A DNA stretch of 64,000 nt from Anaeromyxobacter sp. (lineage in GTDB: Bacteria; Myxococcota; Myxococcia; Myxococcales; Anaeromyxobacteraceae). The position numbers were made by a program, and so were the translations under genes. The notes beneath the pieces were generated by a model. That model was not told where the DNA came from, did no database searches, and saw only the letters and a list, made by a program, of their open reading frames with translations. This document shows, one piece after another, positions 47,671 to 59,972 of the stretch. Positions within the stretch are counted from its first letter, which is position 1, and each line of letters opens with the position of its first letter. Where the stretch lies: assembly GCA_035627135.1 (NCBI GenBank), contig DASPMI010000193.1, positions 1,708 through 65,707 on the forward strand. The letters are read 5' to 3'.

Positions 47671-47768
47671 AGGCTTCAGACTTCAGGTTGGCGGCCCGCT
47701 CGATGGCTCCAGCAGGACCTCGATGCGCCGCGTCCTTCCTGAAGCCCGAAGCCCGAAGCCTGAGGCCC
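47671..47768. repeat. Family A REP-like element
   Basis: ggcttcagacttcagg ... cctgaagcccgaagcccgaagcctgaggcc. Confidence 0.85.
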
Positions 47769-47781
47769 GCTTCCCGCGCGC

Positions 47782-50478
47782 TCATCCCTTCCTTCGCGCG
47801 ACCGGCGGCGCCGCGGTCCGCGGATCCTCGGGCCAGGAGTGGCGCGGATATCGCCGCGAGAGCTCCCGCCGCAGCGCGGGGTAGTGGCGATCCCAGAACC
47901 CGGCGAGATCGGTCGTCACCTGCTGGGCGCGGCCGTTGGGGGCGAGCAGGTGGAGCACGACCGGGACCCGGCCGCCGGCCAGGGTCGGCCCCTGCGCCAT
48001 GCCGAAGAAGTCCTGGAGCCGGCTCTCGAGCCAGGGCGGCTTCCCGGGCTCGTAGCGGACGCGCGCGCTCCGGCCGCCGGGCAGCGTGATCCGCTCCGGG
48101 GCGAGCCTCTCGAGCGCGGCGCGCGCCTTCGGCTCCAGGCGGGCGAGGAGGAGCGCCGGCAGGTCGGCCTCGCGCAGCTCGGCGAAGCTCCGGCGGTCCC
48201 GGGCGGCGTCCGCGAGCGCGGCGGCGAGGTCCGCCTCGGTGGGCGCGGGGATGCCGGCCTCGGGCGCGTGCTGCGCCGCGAAGGCGAGGCGCGCGAGGAG
48301 CGCGTCGAGCGCGCCCTCCTCGGCGAAGGCCCGCGCCCCGCGCGCGAGCGCCTCCTCCGCGAGCCGGGCCGCGAGCCGGTCCGGATCCGGCTTCGCCGCC
48401 CGGCCCTCCTCGAGCACGAGGTCCTCGTAGAGAAGCCGCTCCGTCGCGTCGACGCGCTCGGCCTGCGCGTTCCAGACGACCGCCTCGTCGTACCGGAGCG
48501 CGGCGGGGAAGAGGTCGAGGAGCATCTCCTGCGTGACGAGGCTCGCGAGGCGGACGCGGACCTCGGGGCCGCGCGCACCGGCGCCGCCCCCGCGCCCCGG
48601 GCCGCTCGAGGTGGACCGCTCCCCCTGCGCCTGTCGAAGGGCTCTGCGCTCCTCGGCGTCGAGCGCCACGAGCAGCGGCGCCTCGCGTACGACCGACGCC
48701 GGGTCGAGGCGCGCGCTCCCGCCGCCCACGAGGACGATCTCGTCCGACCCGGGCGCGCGCCGGCGGGCGACGCGGTCCGGGTACGCCGCGAGCGTCGCGA
48801 GGAGCAGCGCCGTCTCCGGGTCCGCGGCCGGCGGTCCGCGGGGGAGGCCGCGCGCGAGGCCGGCGAGCTGGCGGCGGGACCGCTCCACCGCCTGCGCCGC
48901 GCCCGGGGCGACGCCCATCCGCCGGAGCCGATCGGGATCGAACCGCGCCCGGCTCGCCTCCTCGAAGACGTGCGCGAGCTCGAGCAGGTCCGACGGACCG
49001 GTCGGCGGGAGCGCGGCCCCCTCCCACGCGCGCCGCTCGCGGAGGTCGCGCTCGCCGAGGATCGCCGCGAGGAGCGCGCCCTCCGCCGCGGCGCCGCGGG
49101 CGGCGGCCTCGACGACGAGCCGCGCGAGCCGCGGGTGGAGCGGCAGGTCCAGCATCCGGCGGCCCAGCGGGGTGAGCGCGCCCGCGGCGTCGAGCGCGCC
49201 GAGCCGGCGGAGGAGCCCCTCCGCCGCGGCGAGCGCCGGCGCGGGGGGAGGCTCGAGGAGCTCGAGGGCGGGGAGGGCGCCCTCGCCGAGAGCGGGCCCG
49301 CCGGCGTCCGCGGCGCCTCCCGGCGCGGCCCGCAGCCCGAGCCCGGCGAGGGCGAGCACCAGCTCGGCGAGGTCCTCGCGCTGGATCTCCGGGGCGTCGA
49401 ACGCGGGCCGGCCGTCGTGATCGTGGCGCGTGTAGAGGCGGAGCGTGCGCCCCGGGCCGGTCCGGCCGGCGCGCCCGGCCCGCTGCGCCCCCGAGGCGCG
49501 GCTCACCTTCTTCACCTCGAGCGTGGGCAGGCCGGACCAGGGCGCGTGCGAGGCGATCCGCGCGAGCCCGGAGTCCACGACCGCGGTGACGCCCTCGATC
49601 GTCACCGACGACTCCGCGACGTTGGTCGAGAGGATCACCTTGGGTGACGGTCCGGGCCGGACGGCGCGGTCCTGCTCCTCGGGCGGGAGATCGCCGTGCA
49701 GCGGGAGGAGGTCCACGCCGGCGTCGCCCGCCCACGGCCCGAGCGCCTCGCGCGCCCGGCGGATCTCCGCCGCCCCGGGGAGGAAGACGAGCACGTCCCC
49801 CGCCCGGCCCGCGCCGGCCTCGCGTGCCTCGCGGTGCAGCCGCCGCACCGCGCGCGCGACGCGCTCCTCGAGCCGCTCGTCGCGCGCGGCCTCCTCGGGC
49901 GAGAGGTGCTCGACCGCGACCTCGAAGCGGCGCCCCTCCGACCGGAGCCGCGGCGCGTCGAGGAAGCGGGCCACGGGCTCCGCGTCGAGCGTCGCGGACA
50001 TGACGACGAGCTTGAGGTCGGGCCGCGCCGTGCGCTGGAGCCGCCGGAGGAAGGCGAGGGCGAGGTCGCCGGGGAGGTGGCGCTCGTGGAACTCGTCGAG
50101 GACGACGGCGCCGACCCCCGGGAGCGTCGGCGCCGACAGCAGGCGCCGCGTGAGGAGCCCCTCGGTCACGAACCGGATCCGCGTCCGCGGCCCGGCGACC
50201 TCCTCGAACCGGACCTGCCAGCCCACGGTCTCGCCCGGCCGCTCACCCAGCTCCTGGGCCACCCGCCGGGCGGCCAGCCGAGCGGCCAGGCGCCGGGGCT
50301 CGAGCACGACCACCTCGCCGGTCCCCGCGAGCCCAGCCCCGAGGAGCGCGGGCGGGACGCGCGTCGTCTTCCCGGCGCCCGGCGGCGCCTCGATGACGAC
50401 CGAGGGTCCGGCGCGGAGCGCCGCCACGACCTCGGGCAGGAGCGCGTCGATCGGGAGCGGAGTGGGGGGCGGCGGCAC
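47782..50478 (-). CDS. hrpB: ATP-dependent helicase HrpB
   Basis: APPGAGKTT, DEFHER, MSAT, QRAGRAGR, C-terminal LQDFFG and QVTTDLAGFW. Confidence 0.96.
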   Translation of the reverse strand: MPPPPTPLPIDALLPEVVAALRAGPSVVIEAPPGAGKTTRVPPALLGAGLAGTGEVVVLEPRRLAARLAARRVAQELGERPGETVGWQVRFEEVAGPRTRIRFVTEGLLTRRLLSAPTLPGVGAVVLDEFHERHLPGDLALAFLRRLQRTARPDLKLVVMSATLDAEPVARFLDAPRLRSEGRRFEVAVEHLSPEEAARDERLEERVARAVRRLHREAREAGAGRAGDVLVFLPGAAEIRRAREALGPWAGDAGVDLLPLHGDLPPEEQDRAVRPGPSPKVILSTNVAESSVTIEGVTAVVDSGLARIASHAPWSGLPTLEVKKVSRASGAQRAGRAGRTGPGRTLRLYTRHDHDGRPAFDAPEIQREDLAELVLALAGLGLRAAPGGAADAGGPALGEGALPALELLEPPPAPALAAAEGLLRRLGALDAAGALTPLGRRMLDLPLHPRLARLVVEAAARGAAAEGALLAAILGERDLRERRAWEGAALPPTGPSDLLELAHVFEEASRARFDPDRLRRMGVAPGAAQAVERSRRQLAGLARGLPRGPPAADPETALLLATLAAYPDRVARRRAPGSDEIVLVGGGSARLDPASVVREAPLLVALDAEERRALRQAQGERSTSSGPGRGGGAGARGPEVRVRLASLVTQEMLLDLFPAALRYDEAVVWNAQAERVDATERLLYEDLVLEEGRAAKPDPDRLAARLAEEALARGARAFAEEGALDALLARLAFAAQHAPEAGIPAPTEADLAAALADAARDRRSFAELREADLPALLLARLEPKARAALERLAPERITLPGGRSARVRYEPGKPPWLESRLQDFFGMAQGPTLAGGRVPVVLHLLAPNGRAQQVTTDLAGFWDRHYPALRRELSRRYPRHSWPEDPRTAAPPVARRKG
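48616..48642. repeat. Family C REP-like motif inside hrpB
   Basis: ccccctgcgcctgtcgaagggc, near-identical to the intergenic motif at 51132-51148. Confidence 0.65.
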
Positions 50479-50664
50479 GGCGCAGTTCTAACCCGGGAAG
50501 GGGCCGACGTGGCGCGTCGGCGGGCATTTGACACCCCTCGGCCCAGCCTTACCTAGAGAACGAGGTCGCGAGCCGAGGGCAACCACCCCCGGAGCGCGGC
50601 CCCGACCGAAACCCACCAACGGCTTTCAGCGCGCGGCCCATGTCCGCGCGAGGAGGAGACGACC

Positions 50665-51093
50665 ATGTTGACGCTGTGGAGCAACCCCGCGCGGACCCTC
50701 TCCGCGCTCGACGAGCAGATGAACCGGCTGGTGAAGGGCCTCGCGTCCGAGGCTTGGAGCTACGGCCTCGCGCCCGCGGCCGACGTCGTGGAGACCGAGG
50801 GCGAGTACCGCGTGCTCGTGGACCTGCCCGGCGTGGACCCGGCGGCGATCCAGCTCCGCGTCGAGAAGGACACGCTCTCGATCCAGGCCGAGCGGAAGCA
50901 GCCCGCGACGCAGGCCGGCGAGACGGTGCACCGGAGCGAGCGCTCCTTCGGGACGTTCTACCGCTCGTTCACGCTGCCGACCGGCGTGGACGCGAGCCGC
51001 GTCGAGGCCGCGTACGACGCGGGCGTCCTCGCGGTGAAGCTGCCGAAGCGCGAGGAGGCGAAGGCGCGGACGATCCCGGTGAGCGTGAAGTAG
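50665..51093 (+). CDS. Hsp20/alpha-crystallin small heat-shock protein
   Basis: DLPGVD, ERSFGTFYRSFTLP, YDAGVLAVKLPK; SD GGAGGAG. Confidence 0.95.
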   Translation: MLTLWSNPARTLSALDEQMNRLVKGLASEAWSYGLAPAADVVETEGEYRVLVDLPGVDPAAIQLRVEKDTLSIQAERKQPATQAGETVHRSERSFGTFYRSFTLPTGVDASRVEAAYDAGVLAVKLPKREEAKARTIPVSVK

Positions 51094-51124
51094 GGACGGC
51101 CGCAGGCACGTGCGGACGAGGACG

Positions 51125-51148
51125 CCGGTCGCCCTGAGCCTGTCGAAG
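51125..51148. repeat. Family C REP-like motif (intergenic)
   Basis: ccggtcgccctgagcctgtcgaag. Confidence 0.65.
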
Positions 51149-51191
51149 TACGAGCGGAGAGTCGAGCAGCGCCGTCGCACGGGACGGAGAG

Positions 51192-51220
51192 GAGGGGCGC
51201 CCAGGGATCGGGCGCCCCTC
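51192..51220. terminator. Hairpin between convergent genes (probable terminator)
   Basis: gaggggcgccc / gggcgcccctc 11-bp stem. Confidence 0.6.
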
Positions 51221-51221
51221 T

Positions 51222-54200
51222 TCACTTCTCGGCCGCCCGCGCCTCGTGCACGGCGACGGTCGGCGCCGGCAGCGTCACCTCGACGTCCGACCCGGCGACG
51301 TCGATCCGGCGGAGCGAGACGACGCGGGCCGTCTCCCCCGGCGCGGTGGCGTCCGCCACGCACGCCGCGGTGTAGGGGCCCGGCGCGAGGCCCCGGTACA
51401 GCAGGACGCGGTCCTCGTGCGACGCCGGGGTGAGGATGCGCTGGCGGACCTGGAGGAGGTCTGCCGCGCCGCCCGCGGTGACCGCGCCGGGCACGAGCCA
51501 GGCGCCGCAGTCCTCCGGGGGCGGGACCCGGAGCGCCAGCGTCGCGCCGGTGCTCTCCCGGAACTCCACCCGGGCGGTCCCCCCCGCCTTCACGGCCGCG
51601 GGGCGCTGCGAGAGCCCCGCGTTCCCGTCGGTGACGCCGTCCTCGAGCGCGACGCTGTAGTCGCCGGGCGGGAGCCCTTCGACCGTGAACCGTCCGTCGC
51701 GGTCCGTGAGGCTCTCGCGCGAGAACGCGCCCGCGGCGGTGACGGGCACGTTGCGGACGGGCTCGTCCGCCGCGTTCCGGACGATCCCCTCGATCCGGCC
51801 GCCGGCGTCGAGGCGAACGGCGAGGTCGGTCGCGCCGCCGCCGAGCGGGACGAGCGCCGGGGCGAGCCCGTCGGCGACGACGAGCACGTCGAGCGGCGTC
51901 GCCGGGAGGCCGCCGAGCGCCACCGTGCCGTCGCGGCCGGTTCGGCCCCGGGCGTGGAGCGCCGTGATCGCCCACGGGCGATGCGGCGCGGCGGTCCCCA
52001 CCTGCACCTCCGCGGACCGGACCGGCTGCGCGGTGGCGGCGACGAGGACGGAGATCCGGACCGTGCGCCCGCGCGAGAGGCGGAGCTCGCCGACGTCGCG
52101 GTCCCGCCGGTCGTCGAGGGTGATCTCCTTCACCAGCGGCTCGTGGCCGTCCGCCTCGACGCGGAGCGTCTGCGGGCCGGCGCGCTGGATCGGGAGCGCG
52201 AACGTCCCGCCGGCGGCGCGGAAGGGCCGCCCGCTCACGGTGAAGTCGTCGAGCGGGGAGCCGTCGTGGCCGGTCACGCGACCGGTGAGCTGCGCCGTCC
52301 GCCGCATCGTCAGGACGAGGCCCGTCTCCATCGGCCGCGCCCAGCGCCCGCCCTCGGCCGCGGCGTGGTCCTCGAGCGCCCACGACAGGCGGTGCCGGCG
52401 GGGCCGCAGGTGGGGGATCTCGAACCGCCCCTCGGCGTCGGTGATCGCCAGGCCTCCGGCGCGCGAGGGCGGGCCGTCGCTCGGACCGATGGCGGCCTCA
52501 CGCACCTCGTCCACGGCCGCGACCTCGACGCCGGCCAGCGGGCGGCCCGTCCCCTCCTCCACCACCTTCCCGGCGATCGACATGCCGAGCTCGAACCGGA
52601 GCCGGAGCGCCGTCGTCACGGGCCCCTCCACCGTCTCCTCGGCGGTGACGGTCCGGAAGTAGCCCACGCCGTCCTTGGCGCGCGCGAGGCGCTGTGCCAC
52701 CACGCGGTACCGCCCGGGCGGCAGCCCGTCGAAGCGGTGCCAGCCGCTCGCGTCCGCCGCCGCCTCCTTCCGGAAGGGCTCCCCGCCCGGTGGCTGGAGG
52801 GCGACGGCGCTGAGCAGCGCCCCCGGCACGGGCGCACCGCTCTCGTCCACGACCTCCACGTCGAGCGCGCCGCCGCGGAGGAGCGTGACGGCGAGCTCCT
52901 CGGGGGCCTGGGCGTCGAACGTGGCGGGGACGAACCCGTCGGCGGCCACGGACAGGCGCCACGCGCCGGCGGCGGCGTGCTCCAGCGCGAACGCGCCCGC
53001 GCGATCCGACCGCGTCTCGACGGCCCCGCGCGCGTCCCAGTCGGCGGGCAGCGGTCCGCGGTCGCGGATCCGCCGGCCGGTGATCACGGCGTCCGCGATG
53101 GGTACGCCGTCCTCGTCCTCGACGACGCCGGCGATCCGCGCGGCGCGGAGCAGCCGGTAGGACGCGCGGACCTCGCCCCCCTGCTCGACCCGGATCGCCC
53201 GCGGGCCCGGGCGCACGAACCCGGGCGGCGGGAACAGCCAGACCGCGTACGCGTCCGCCGGCAGGCCCGAGAGCCGGAACCGGCCCTCGTCGTCGGTGAC
53301 CGCGGCCATCGCGACGAGCTCGGCCTCGAGCGCGACGCGCACCCCGGCGACGGGCGCGCCGGCGTCGTCCCGCACCTCGCCCGCGACCGCGCCGCCCGGC
53401 GCGAGCGCGATCACGAGCCCTTCCCGGTCCTCGGCGGTGAGATCGACCGTGGCGAGCCCGCCCTCGTCGCCCGAGAACGCCGCGACGGCGGTGCGCGCCG
53501 GGAGGAGCCGCTCCAGGACGAACCGGCCCTCGGCGTCGGTCGTCGTGACGGTCGGGCTGCACGCGACCTCGGCCCGCACCTCCGCCCCCGGCACCGGCGT
53601 GCCGTCGCGCTCGACCCTGCCCTCGACGCGCGCCGCGGCCGCGAGCTTCAGCTCCATGTCGCCCGATGGTGAAAGGTCCACGTCCGGGATCCGCCCCTCC
53701 GACCAGGCGAAGATCGCGTACGGCCCCTCGGGCAGCGGACCGACCAGGAAGCCGCCGTCCTCGTCCGTCCGGGCCTGGAAGAAGCGGCTGTGCGCGCGGT
53801 GGACGGCCGCGACCTGGGCGTCCTCGACGGGCACGCCCTCCTCGTCGCGCACCACCCCGCCGTACCAGACGGCCGGCGCGAGGGCGAGCTCGACGCGCTC
53901 GCCCGCCTCGACGTCGTAGGTCATCGCGACGAGGTCCCCCGCCTCGGCCCAGACCGCGTACCGGCCCGGCGCGAGCCCCGTCACGAGGAAGGTCCCGTCG
54001 TCGGACGTCGTCGCGTGGGCCACCAGCGCCGCCTCCCCGCGTCCGTCCGCGATCCGCCAGCCGGCGAGGTCCGGGACCGCCGCGCAGGGGCAATCGAAGA
54101 TCGAGCGGTCCTCCTCGTTCGGGCACCGCGCCGCGGAGAAGGAGTCGCCGTCCTCGTCCGAGGTGACGAGGATGGTCGCCCCGCGGACCGGCACGTCGCC

Positions 54201-54374
54201 GTCGAGGATCACGCCCCGGAGCGCGAGCCCGTGCGCCTTCCCCCCTCGGCCGTCCGCGCCGAACACGCCCGCGAGCGGGCCGCCGCCCGCCGCCCGCAGC
54301 CACACGGCGTACGCCAGCCCGGCGAGCACCGCCAGGCCGGCGACCCCGAGGAAGGCAACCCGCGCTCCCCGCAT
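51222..54374 (-). CDS. Carboxypeptidase-regulatory-like (repeated beta-sandwich) membrane-anchored protein
   Basis: N-terminal TM; about ten G.V.D..G.PV.GA.V...TD.EGRF repeats. Confidence 0.85.
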   Translation of the reverse strand: MRGARVAFLGVAGLAVLAGLAYAVWLRAAGGGPLAGVFGADGRGGKAHGLALRGVILDGDVPVRGATILVTSDEDGDSFSAARCPNEEDRSIFDCPCAAVPDLAGWRIADGRGEAALVAHATTSDDGTFLVTGLAPGRYAVWAEAGDLVAMTYDVEAGERVELALAPAVWYGGVVRDEEGVPVEDAQVAAVHRAHSRFFQARTDEDGGFLVGPLPEGPYAIFAWSEGRIPDVDLSPSGDMELKLAAAARVEGRVERDGTPVPGAEVRAEVACSPTVTTTDAEGRFVLERLLPARTAVAAFSGDEGGLATVDLTAEDREGLVIALAPGGAVAGEVRDDAGAPVAGVRVALEAELVAMAAVTDDEGRFRLSGLPADAYAVWLFPPPGFVRPGPRAIRVEQGGEVRASYRLLRAARIAGVVEDEDGVPIADAVITGRRIRDRGPLPADWDARGAVETRSDRAGAFALEHAAAGAWRLSVAADGFVPATFDAQAPEELAVTLLRGGALDVEVVDESGAPVPGALLSAVALQPPGGEPFRKEAAADASGWHRFDGLPPGRYRVVAQRLARAKDGVGYFRTVTAEETVEGPVTTALRLRFELGMSIAGKVVEEGTGRPLAGVEVAAVDEVREAAIGPSDGPPSRAGGLAITDAEGRFEIPHLRPRRHRLSWALEDHAAAEGGRWARPMETGLVLTMRRTAQLTGRVTGHDGSPLDDFTVSGRPFRAAGGTFALPIQRAGPQTLRVEADGHEPLVKEITLDDRRDRDVGELRLSRGRTVRISVLVAATAQPVRSAEVQVGTAAPHRPWAITALHARGRTGRDGTVALGGLPATPLDVLVVADGLAPALVPLGGGATDLAVRLDAGGRIEGIVRNAADEPVRNVPVTAAGAFSRESLTDRDGRFTVEGLPPGDYSVALEDGVTDGNAGLSQRPAAVKAGGTARVEFRESTGATLALRVPPPEDCGAWLVPGAVTAGGAADLLQVRQRILTPASHEDRVLLYRGLAPGPYTAACVADATAPGETARVVSLRRIDVAGSDVEVTLPAPTVAVHEARAAEK

Positions 54375-54425
54375 GGAGGCAGCGTACCAAACTCGGCACC
54401 AGCCTTGCGCGCGTTCGAGACAAGC

Positions 54426-54459
54426 AAAAGGGGCGCCGGGTGGAGTCCGCGGCGCCCCT
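54426..54459 (-). terminator. Intrinsic terminator downstream of clpA
   Basis: 10-bp stem aggggcgccg/cggcgcccct followed by a T-run on the minus strand. Confidence 0.75.
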
Positions 54460-54476
54460 GCTCGTCTCGATGGCCG

Positions 54477-54507
54477 GCCCGAGGCCTGAGGCCCGAAGCC
54501 TGAGGCC
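54477..54507. repeat. Family A half-element
   Basis: gcccgaggcctgaggcccgaagcctgaggcc. Confidence 0.72.
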
Positions 54508-54510
54508 TTT

Positions 54511-56805
<2,295 letters not shown>

Positions 56806-56822
56806 CGCCGCTCCGTGCTCCG

Positions 56823-57149
56823 CTACTCCGGCTCGACCGTCACGAGGAGCGGGAACTCCGCCTCCCGCGCGAGGTCCAAAGTCTTCTTCGTCTTCGTCTC
56901 CGCGATCTCCCACGGATAGATACCGGCGACGCCCACGCCGCGCATGTGAACGTGGAGCATGATGCGGTGGGCCGTCTCCGGGTCGTGGTTGAAGACCGCG
57001 ATCAGGACCTGCTCGACGAACTCCTGCGTCGTGTAGTCGTCGTTGTGGAAGAGGACCTTGTAGAGGGGAGGCCGCTTCGTCTCCCGCTCCTGGCGTGTCT
57101 TCGGGACGGCGGTCGCCGTGTCGCCCCCGGGGCGGGGTTGCTCGGCCAT
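56823..57149 (-). CDS. clpS: Clp protease adaptor ClpS
   Basis: YKVLFHNDDYTTQEFV, MLHVH, FPL. Confidence 0.97.
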   Translation of the reverse strand: MAEQPRPGGDTATAVPKTRQERETKRPPLYKVLFHNDDYTTQEFVEQVLIAVFNHDPETAHRIMLHVHMRGVGVAGIYPWEIAETKTKKTLDLAREAEFPLLVTVEPE

Positions 57150-57258
57150 GGCTCGGACCATTGTAAACGGGCGGCGGCGGAAACGCCCCGCCGTCGAGCG
57201 GAGCGAGGGAGCGGGTGGCCGGCGCGGAATCCGCCAGGGGCGCCCGGAGTTCCCGGCC

Positions 57259-59121
57259 TCACCGCAGGCGGCCGAGCAGCGCCCGCGTCGCCCCGTCTCC
57301 CGGGTCGAGGCGCAGCACGTCCTCGAGCTGCGCGCGCGCCTCGGCGGTGCGCCCCGCGCGGAGGAGCAGCTGCGCGAGCTCGCGGGCGAGCACCGCCTGC
57401 TCCGGCCGGATCCGGCGCGCCCGTTCGTACGCCCGGATCGCGCCCGGGAGATCCTGCGCCTGCGCGAGCATCCGCCCGAGGAACCGGGGCGGGTCCATCT
57501 CGTCGGGCGCGAGGCGGATCGCGTGCTCGAACGCGGCGCGCCCCGCCTCGAACTCGCCGAGCTCGCCGCGCGCGATGCCGAGGTTCACCCACGCGCGCCA
57601 GTAGCGGGGATCCACGGCGAGGACGACCTCCAGCCGCTCGATGGCCTTCCGCGGCTGGCCCATCGTCGTGTAGGCGACCGCGAGGTTGTTGTTGGGCGTG
57701 ACCTGGAGGGGCGCCTTGCGCACCTCCGACTCCCAGAACCGGACGGTGGTGGACCAGTCCTCGGTCCGCACGGCGGTGCGCGCCCAGAGGAGCGGGACCG
57801 CGAGGGCCGCGAACCCCGCGAGCACGAGCGACGCCCCGGCGCGGGCGCGCCCCTCCTCGCGCGGCGCGAAGGCGGACGAGAGGGCGCCGCCCAGGACCGC
57901 CCCCGCCGCGAGGCAGAACCCGACCGACGGCAGGTAGAGGAGCCGCTCCGCGAGGAGCACGCCGACGGGGACGAAGACGTGGAGGACGGGGAGGAGCGCG
58001 ACGAAGATCCAGATCACGCCGACCGCGACGAGCGGCGCGCGGCGCAGGAGGAGGACGCCGGCGGCGAGGACCAGGGCCCAGGCCGCCGTCGCGATCGCGA
58101 AGCCCGCGGTGGGGGCGGTGATCGTCGGGATCCGCGCGGCGTAGGCGAAGTCGCCGCCGAGGAACGCGGGCAGGGCGAGGATGCGCAGGTACTCCGCGAG
58201 CACCCGGCTCATGGTCATGAGCACGTGGGCCCGCGGCGTGCCGAGCGGGAACCAGAGCGCCACGGGCTTCACGCCCAGCGAGGGCCACCAGCTGTTCCCC
58301 GGCTCGTGCAGCGCGGCGGTGTGCCCGACGAGGTAGGGGAGGAAGGCGAGGCCGAGCGCGCACGCGACGCTCGCCGCGCGGCCGAGCGCGCGTCGCGCCT
58401 CGGGCCCCCGGAGGCCCGGCCGCGCGGGGAGGCCCGCCGCCGCGGGCAGCGCGTACGCGATGAGGAGGTAGAGCGGCGGGATCGTCACCGCGACCTCCTT
58501 CGAGAGGATGCCCAGCATGAGCACGAAGGCGGCGGCGGCGATGCCGCGCGCGCGCCGGGCGCGGAGCGCGAGGAGCAGGGCCCAGAGGGCGAAGACCGCG
58601 GAGAGCGGCTCGGTCCGGCCGAAGATCGTGACGACCGACTCGGCGTGCGAGGGGTGGACCGCGAACAGGAGGCCGGCGGCGAGCGCGATCCAGGCGGCGC
58701 GCGCGGGCGCGACGACGGCGCGGGCGAGGTGCCCGGCGAGCGCCGCGACGAGCAGGCTGGCGATCGCGTGCAGCGCGATGTTCACGAGGTGGTAGCCGAG
58801 CACCGCCTTCTGGTGGACGGCGTAGTTGAGCGCGAACGAGAGCGTGGTGAGCGGCCGGTACGGGCCGCGGACCGACGGCGGCCCCGCGTAGCCGTAGAGC
58901 TCCTGGAAGATGCGCGGGACGTTCTCGAGCTTCCAGACGAGCGGGTTGTTGATGGCCGTCCAGCCGTCGTCGAGGATCGGCGGGTTGTGGATCGAGCCGA
59001 GGTAGGGGAGGACCGCGGCGAGCGTCACCGCGTAGACGAGCAGCCAGCGCGGCGGCGAGACGGGGGGGAGCGCGGGTTCGGCCGGGGTGGACGGTGCGGG
59101 CGAGGGGAGCATCGGCGTCAT
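57259..59121 (-). CDS. TMTC-like GT-C glycosyltransferase with C-terminal TPRs
   Basis: ILDD, YRPLTTLSF, YHLVN, VHPSHAESV, SKE, AERLLYLPS, TPR tail; ATGA overlap with aat. Confidence 0.82.
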   Translation of the reverse strand: MTPMLPSPAPSTPAEPALPPVSPPRWLLVYAVTLAAVLPYLGSIHNPPILDDGWTAINNPLVWKLENVPRIFQELYGYAGPPSVRGPYRPLTTLSFALNYAVHQKAVLGYHLVNIALHAIASLLVAALAGHLARAVVAPARAAWIALAAGLLFAVHPSHAESVVTIFGRTEPLSAVFALWALLLALRARRARGIAAAAFVLMLGILSKEVAVTIPPLYLLIAYALPAAAGLPARPGLRGPEARRALGRAASVACALGLAFLPYLVGHTAALHEPGNSWWPSLGVKPVALWFPLGTPRAHVLMTMSRVLAEYLRILALPAFLGGDFAYAARIPTITAPTAGFAIATAAWALVLAAGVLLLRRAPLVAVGVIWIFVALLPVLHVFVPVGVLLAERLLYLPSVGFCLAAGAVLGGALSSAFAPREEGRARAGASLVLAGFAALAVPLLWARTAVRTEDWSTTVRFWESEVRKAPLQVTPNNNLAVAYTTMGQPRKAIERLEVVLAVDPRYWRAWVNLGIARGELGEFEAGRAAFEHAIRLAPDEMDPPRFLGRMLAQAQDLPGAIRAYERARRIRPEQAVLARELAQLLLRAGRTAEARAQLEDVLRLDPGDGATRALLGRLR

Positions 59122-59819
59122 GAGGTCGGGGCGGGCTCCTCGAGCGACCAGCGCCCGCGACGGGTCGGGGCGCGGAGCGCGCGGGCGAGCCGGTGCAGGA
59201 ACGCGGGGCGGGAGACCTCGTGCGCGCCGAACCGGACGAGGTGCTCGGTCCGCACCTGGCAATCGACGAGGCTCACGCCGCGCGCCGCGAGCCAGGCGAC
59301 GCTCCGGACGAAGGCGACCTTCGAGGCGTCGGGCCGGTCCGCGAACATGGACTCCCCGAAGAAGGCCGTCCCGAGCGACACCCCGTACAGGCCCCCCGCG
59401 AGCTCGGGGCCCTCCCAGGCCTCGAACGAGTGCGCGAACCCGAGGTCGTGGAGGCGGACGTAGGCGTCGCGCATCTCGGGGGTGATCCACGTCCCGCGCT
59501 GCCCGGGGCGGGCCCGGGAGGCGCACCGGTCGATCACCTCCGCGAACGCCTGGTCCGCCGTCACGCGGTACCGCTCCCTGCGGATCGTCCGCTGCAGGGA
59601 GCGGGGGACGTGGAGACGGGCCGGCTCGAGCACGAGCCGCGGGTCCGGCGACCACCAAAGAATGGGGCTGTCGTCGCCGTACCAGGGGAAGATCCCGGAG
59701 GCGTACGCGACGAGCAGCCGCTCCGGCGAGAGATCGCCCCCGACGGCGAGGAGCCCGTCCGGCTCGGCCCGCGCCGGGTCCGGGAAGGCGGGCTCGCGGG
59801 GCAACCGGTAGATGGGCAC
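59118..59819 (-). CDS. aat: Leucyl/phenylalanyl-tRNA--protein transferase
   Basis: GGDLSPERL, GIFPWY, WWSPDPR, GGLYGV, GESMF, DCQ. Confidence 0.97.
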   Translation of the reverse strand: MPIYRLPREPAFPDPARAEPDGLLAVGGDLSPERLLVAYASGIFPWYGDDSPILWWSPDPRLVLEPARLHVPRSLQRTIRRERYRVTADQAFAEVIDRCASRARPGQRGTWITPEMRDAYVRLHDLGFAHSFEAWEGPELAGGLYGVSLGTAFFGESMFADRPDASKVAFVRSVAWLAARGVSLVDCQVRTEHLVRFGAHEVSRPAFLHRLARALRAPTRRGRWSLEEPAPTS

Positions 59820-59854
59820 GGGGGGAATATACGGTGCTGCCGGGGGAGAGGGCT

Positions 59855-59931
59855 CCCGTGAACGAGCCCGCTCCCGAGCCCGAGCCCGAGGAGAAGCCGG
59901 GCTCGGGCGCGGGCTCGGGAGCGTTCACGGG
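59855..59931. repeat. Family B palindromic repeat
   Basis: cccgtgaacg ... cgttcacggg with (cccgag)n and (ctcggg)n arms. Confidence 0.82.
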
Positions 59932-59972
59932 GATAGCCGGCGAGTCTCCCCCCCTACACGCGGTACGTCCCG

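Noticed and set aside
50528-50555. sigma70 promoter or CIRCE/HAIR operator for Hsp20
   Set aside because: TTGACA is present but the -10 (TACCTA, 16-nt spacer) is weak; no CIRCE or HAIR inverted repeat was seen
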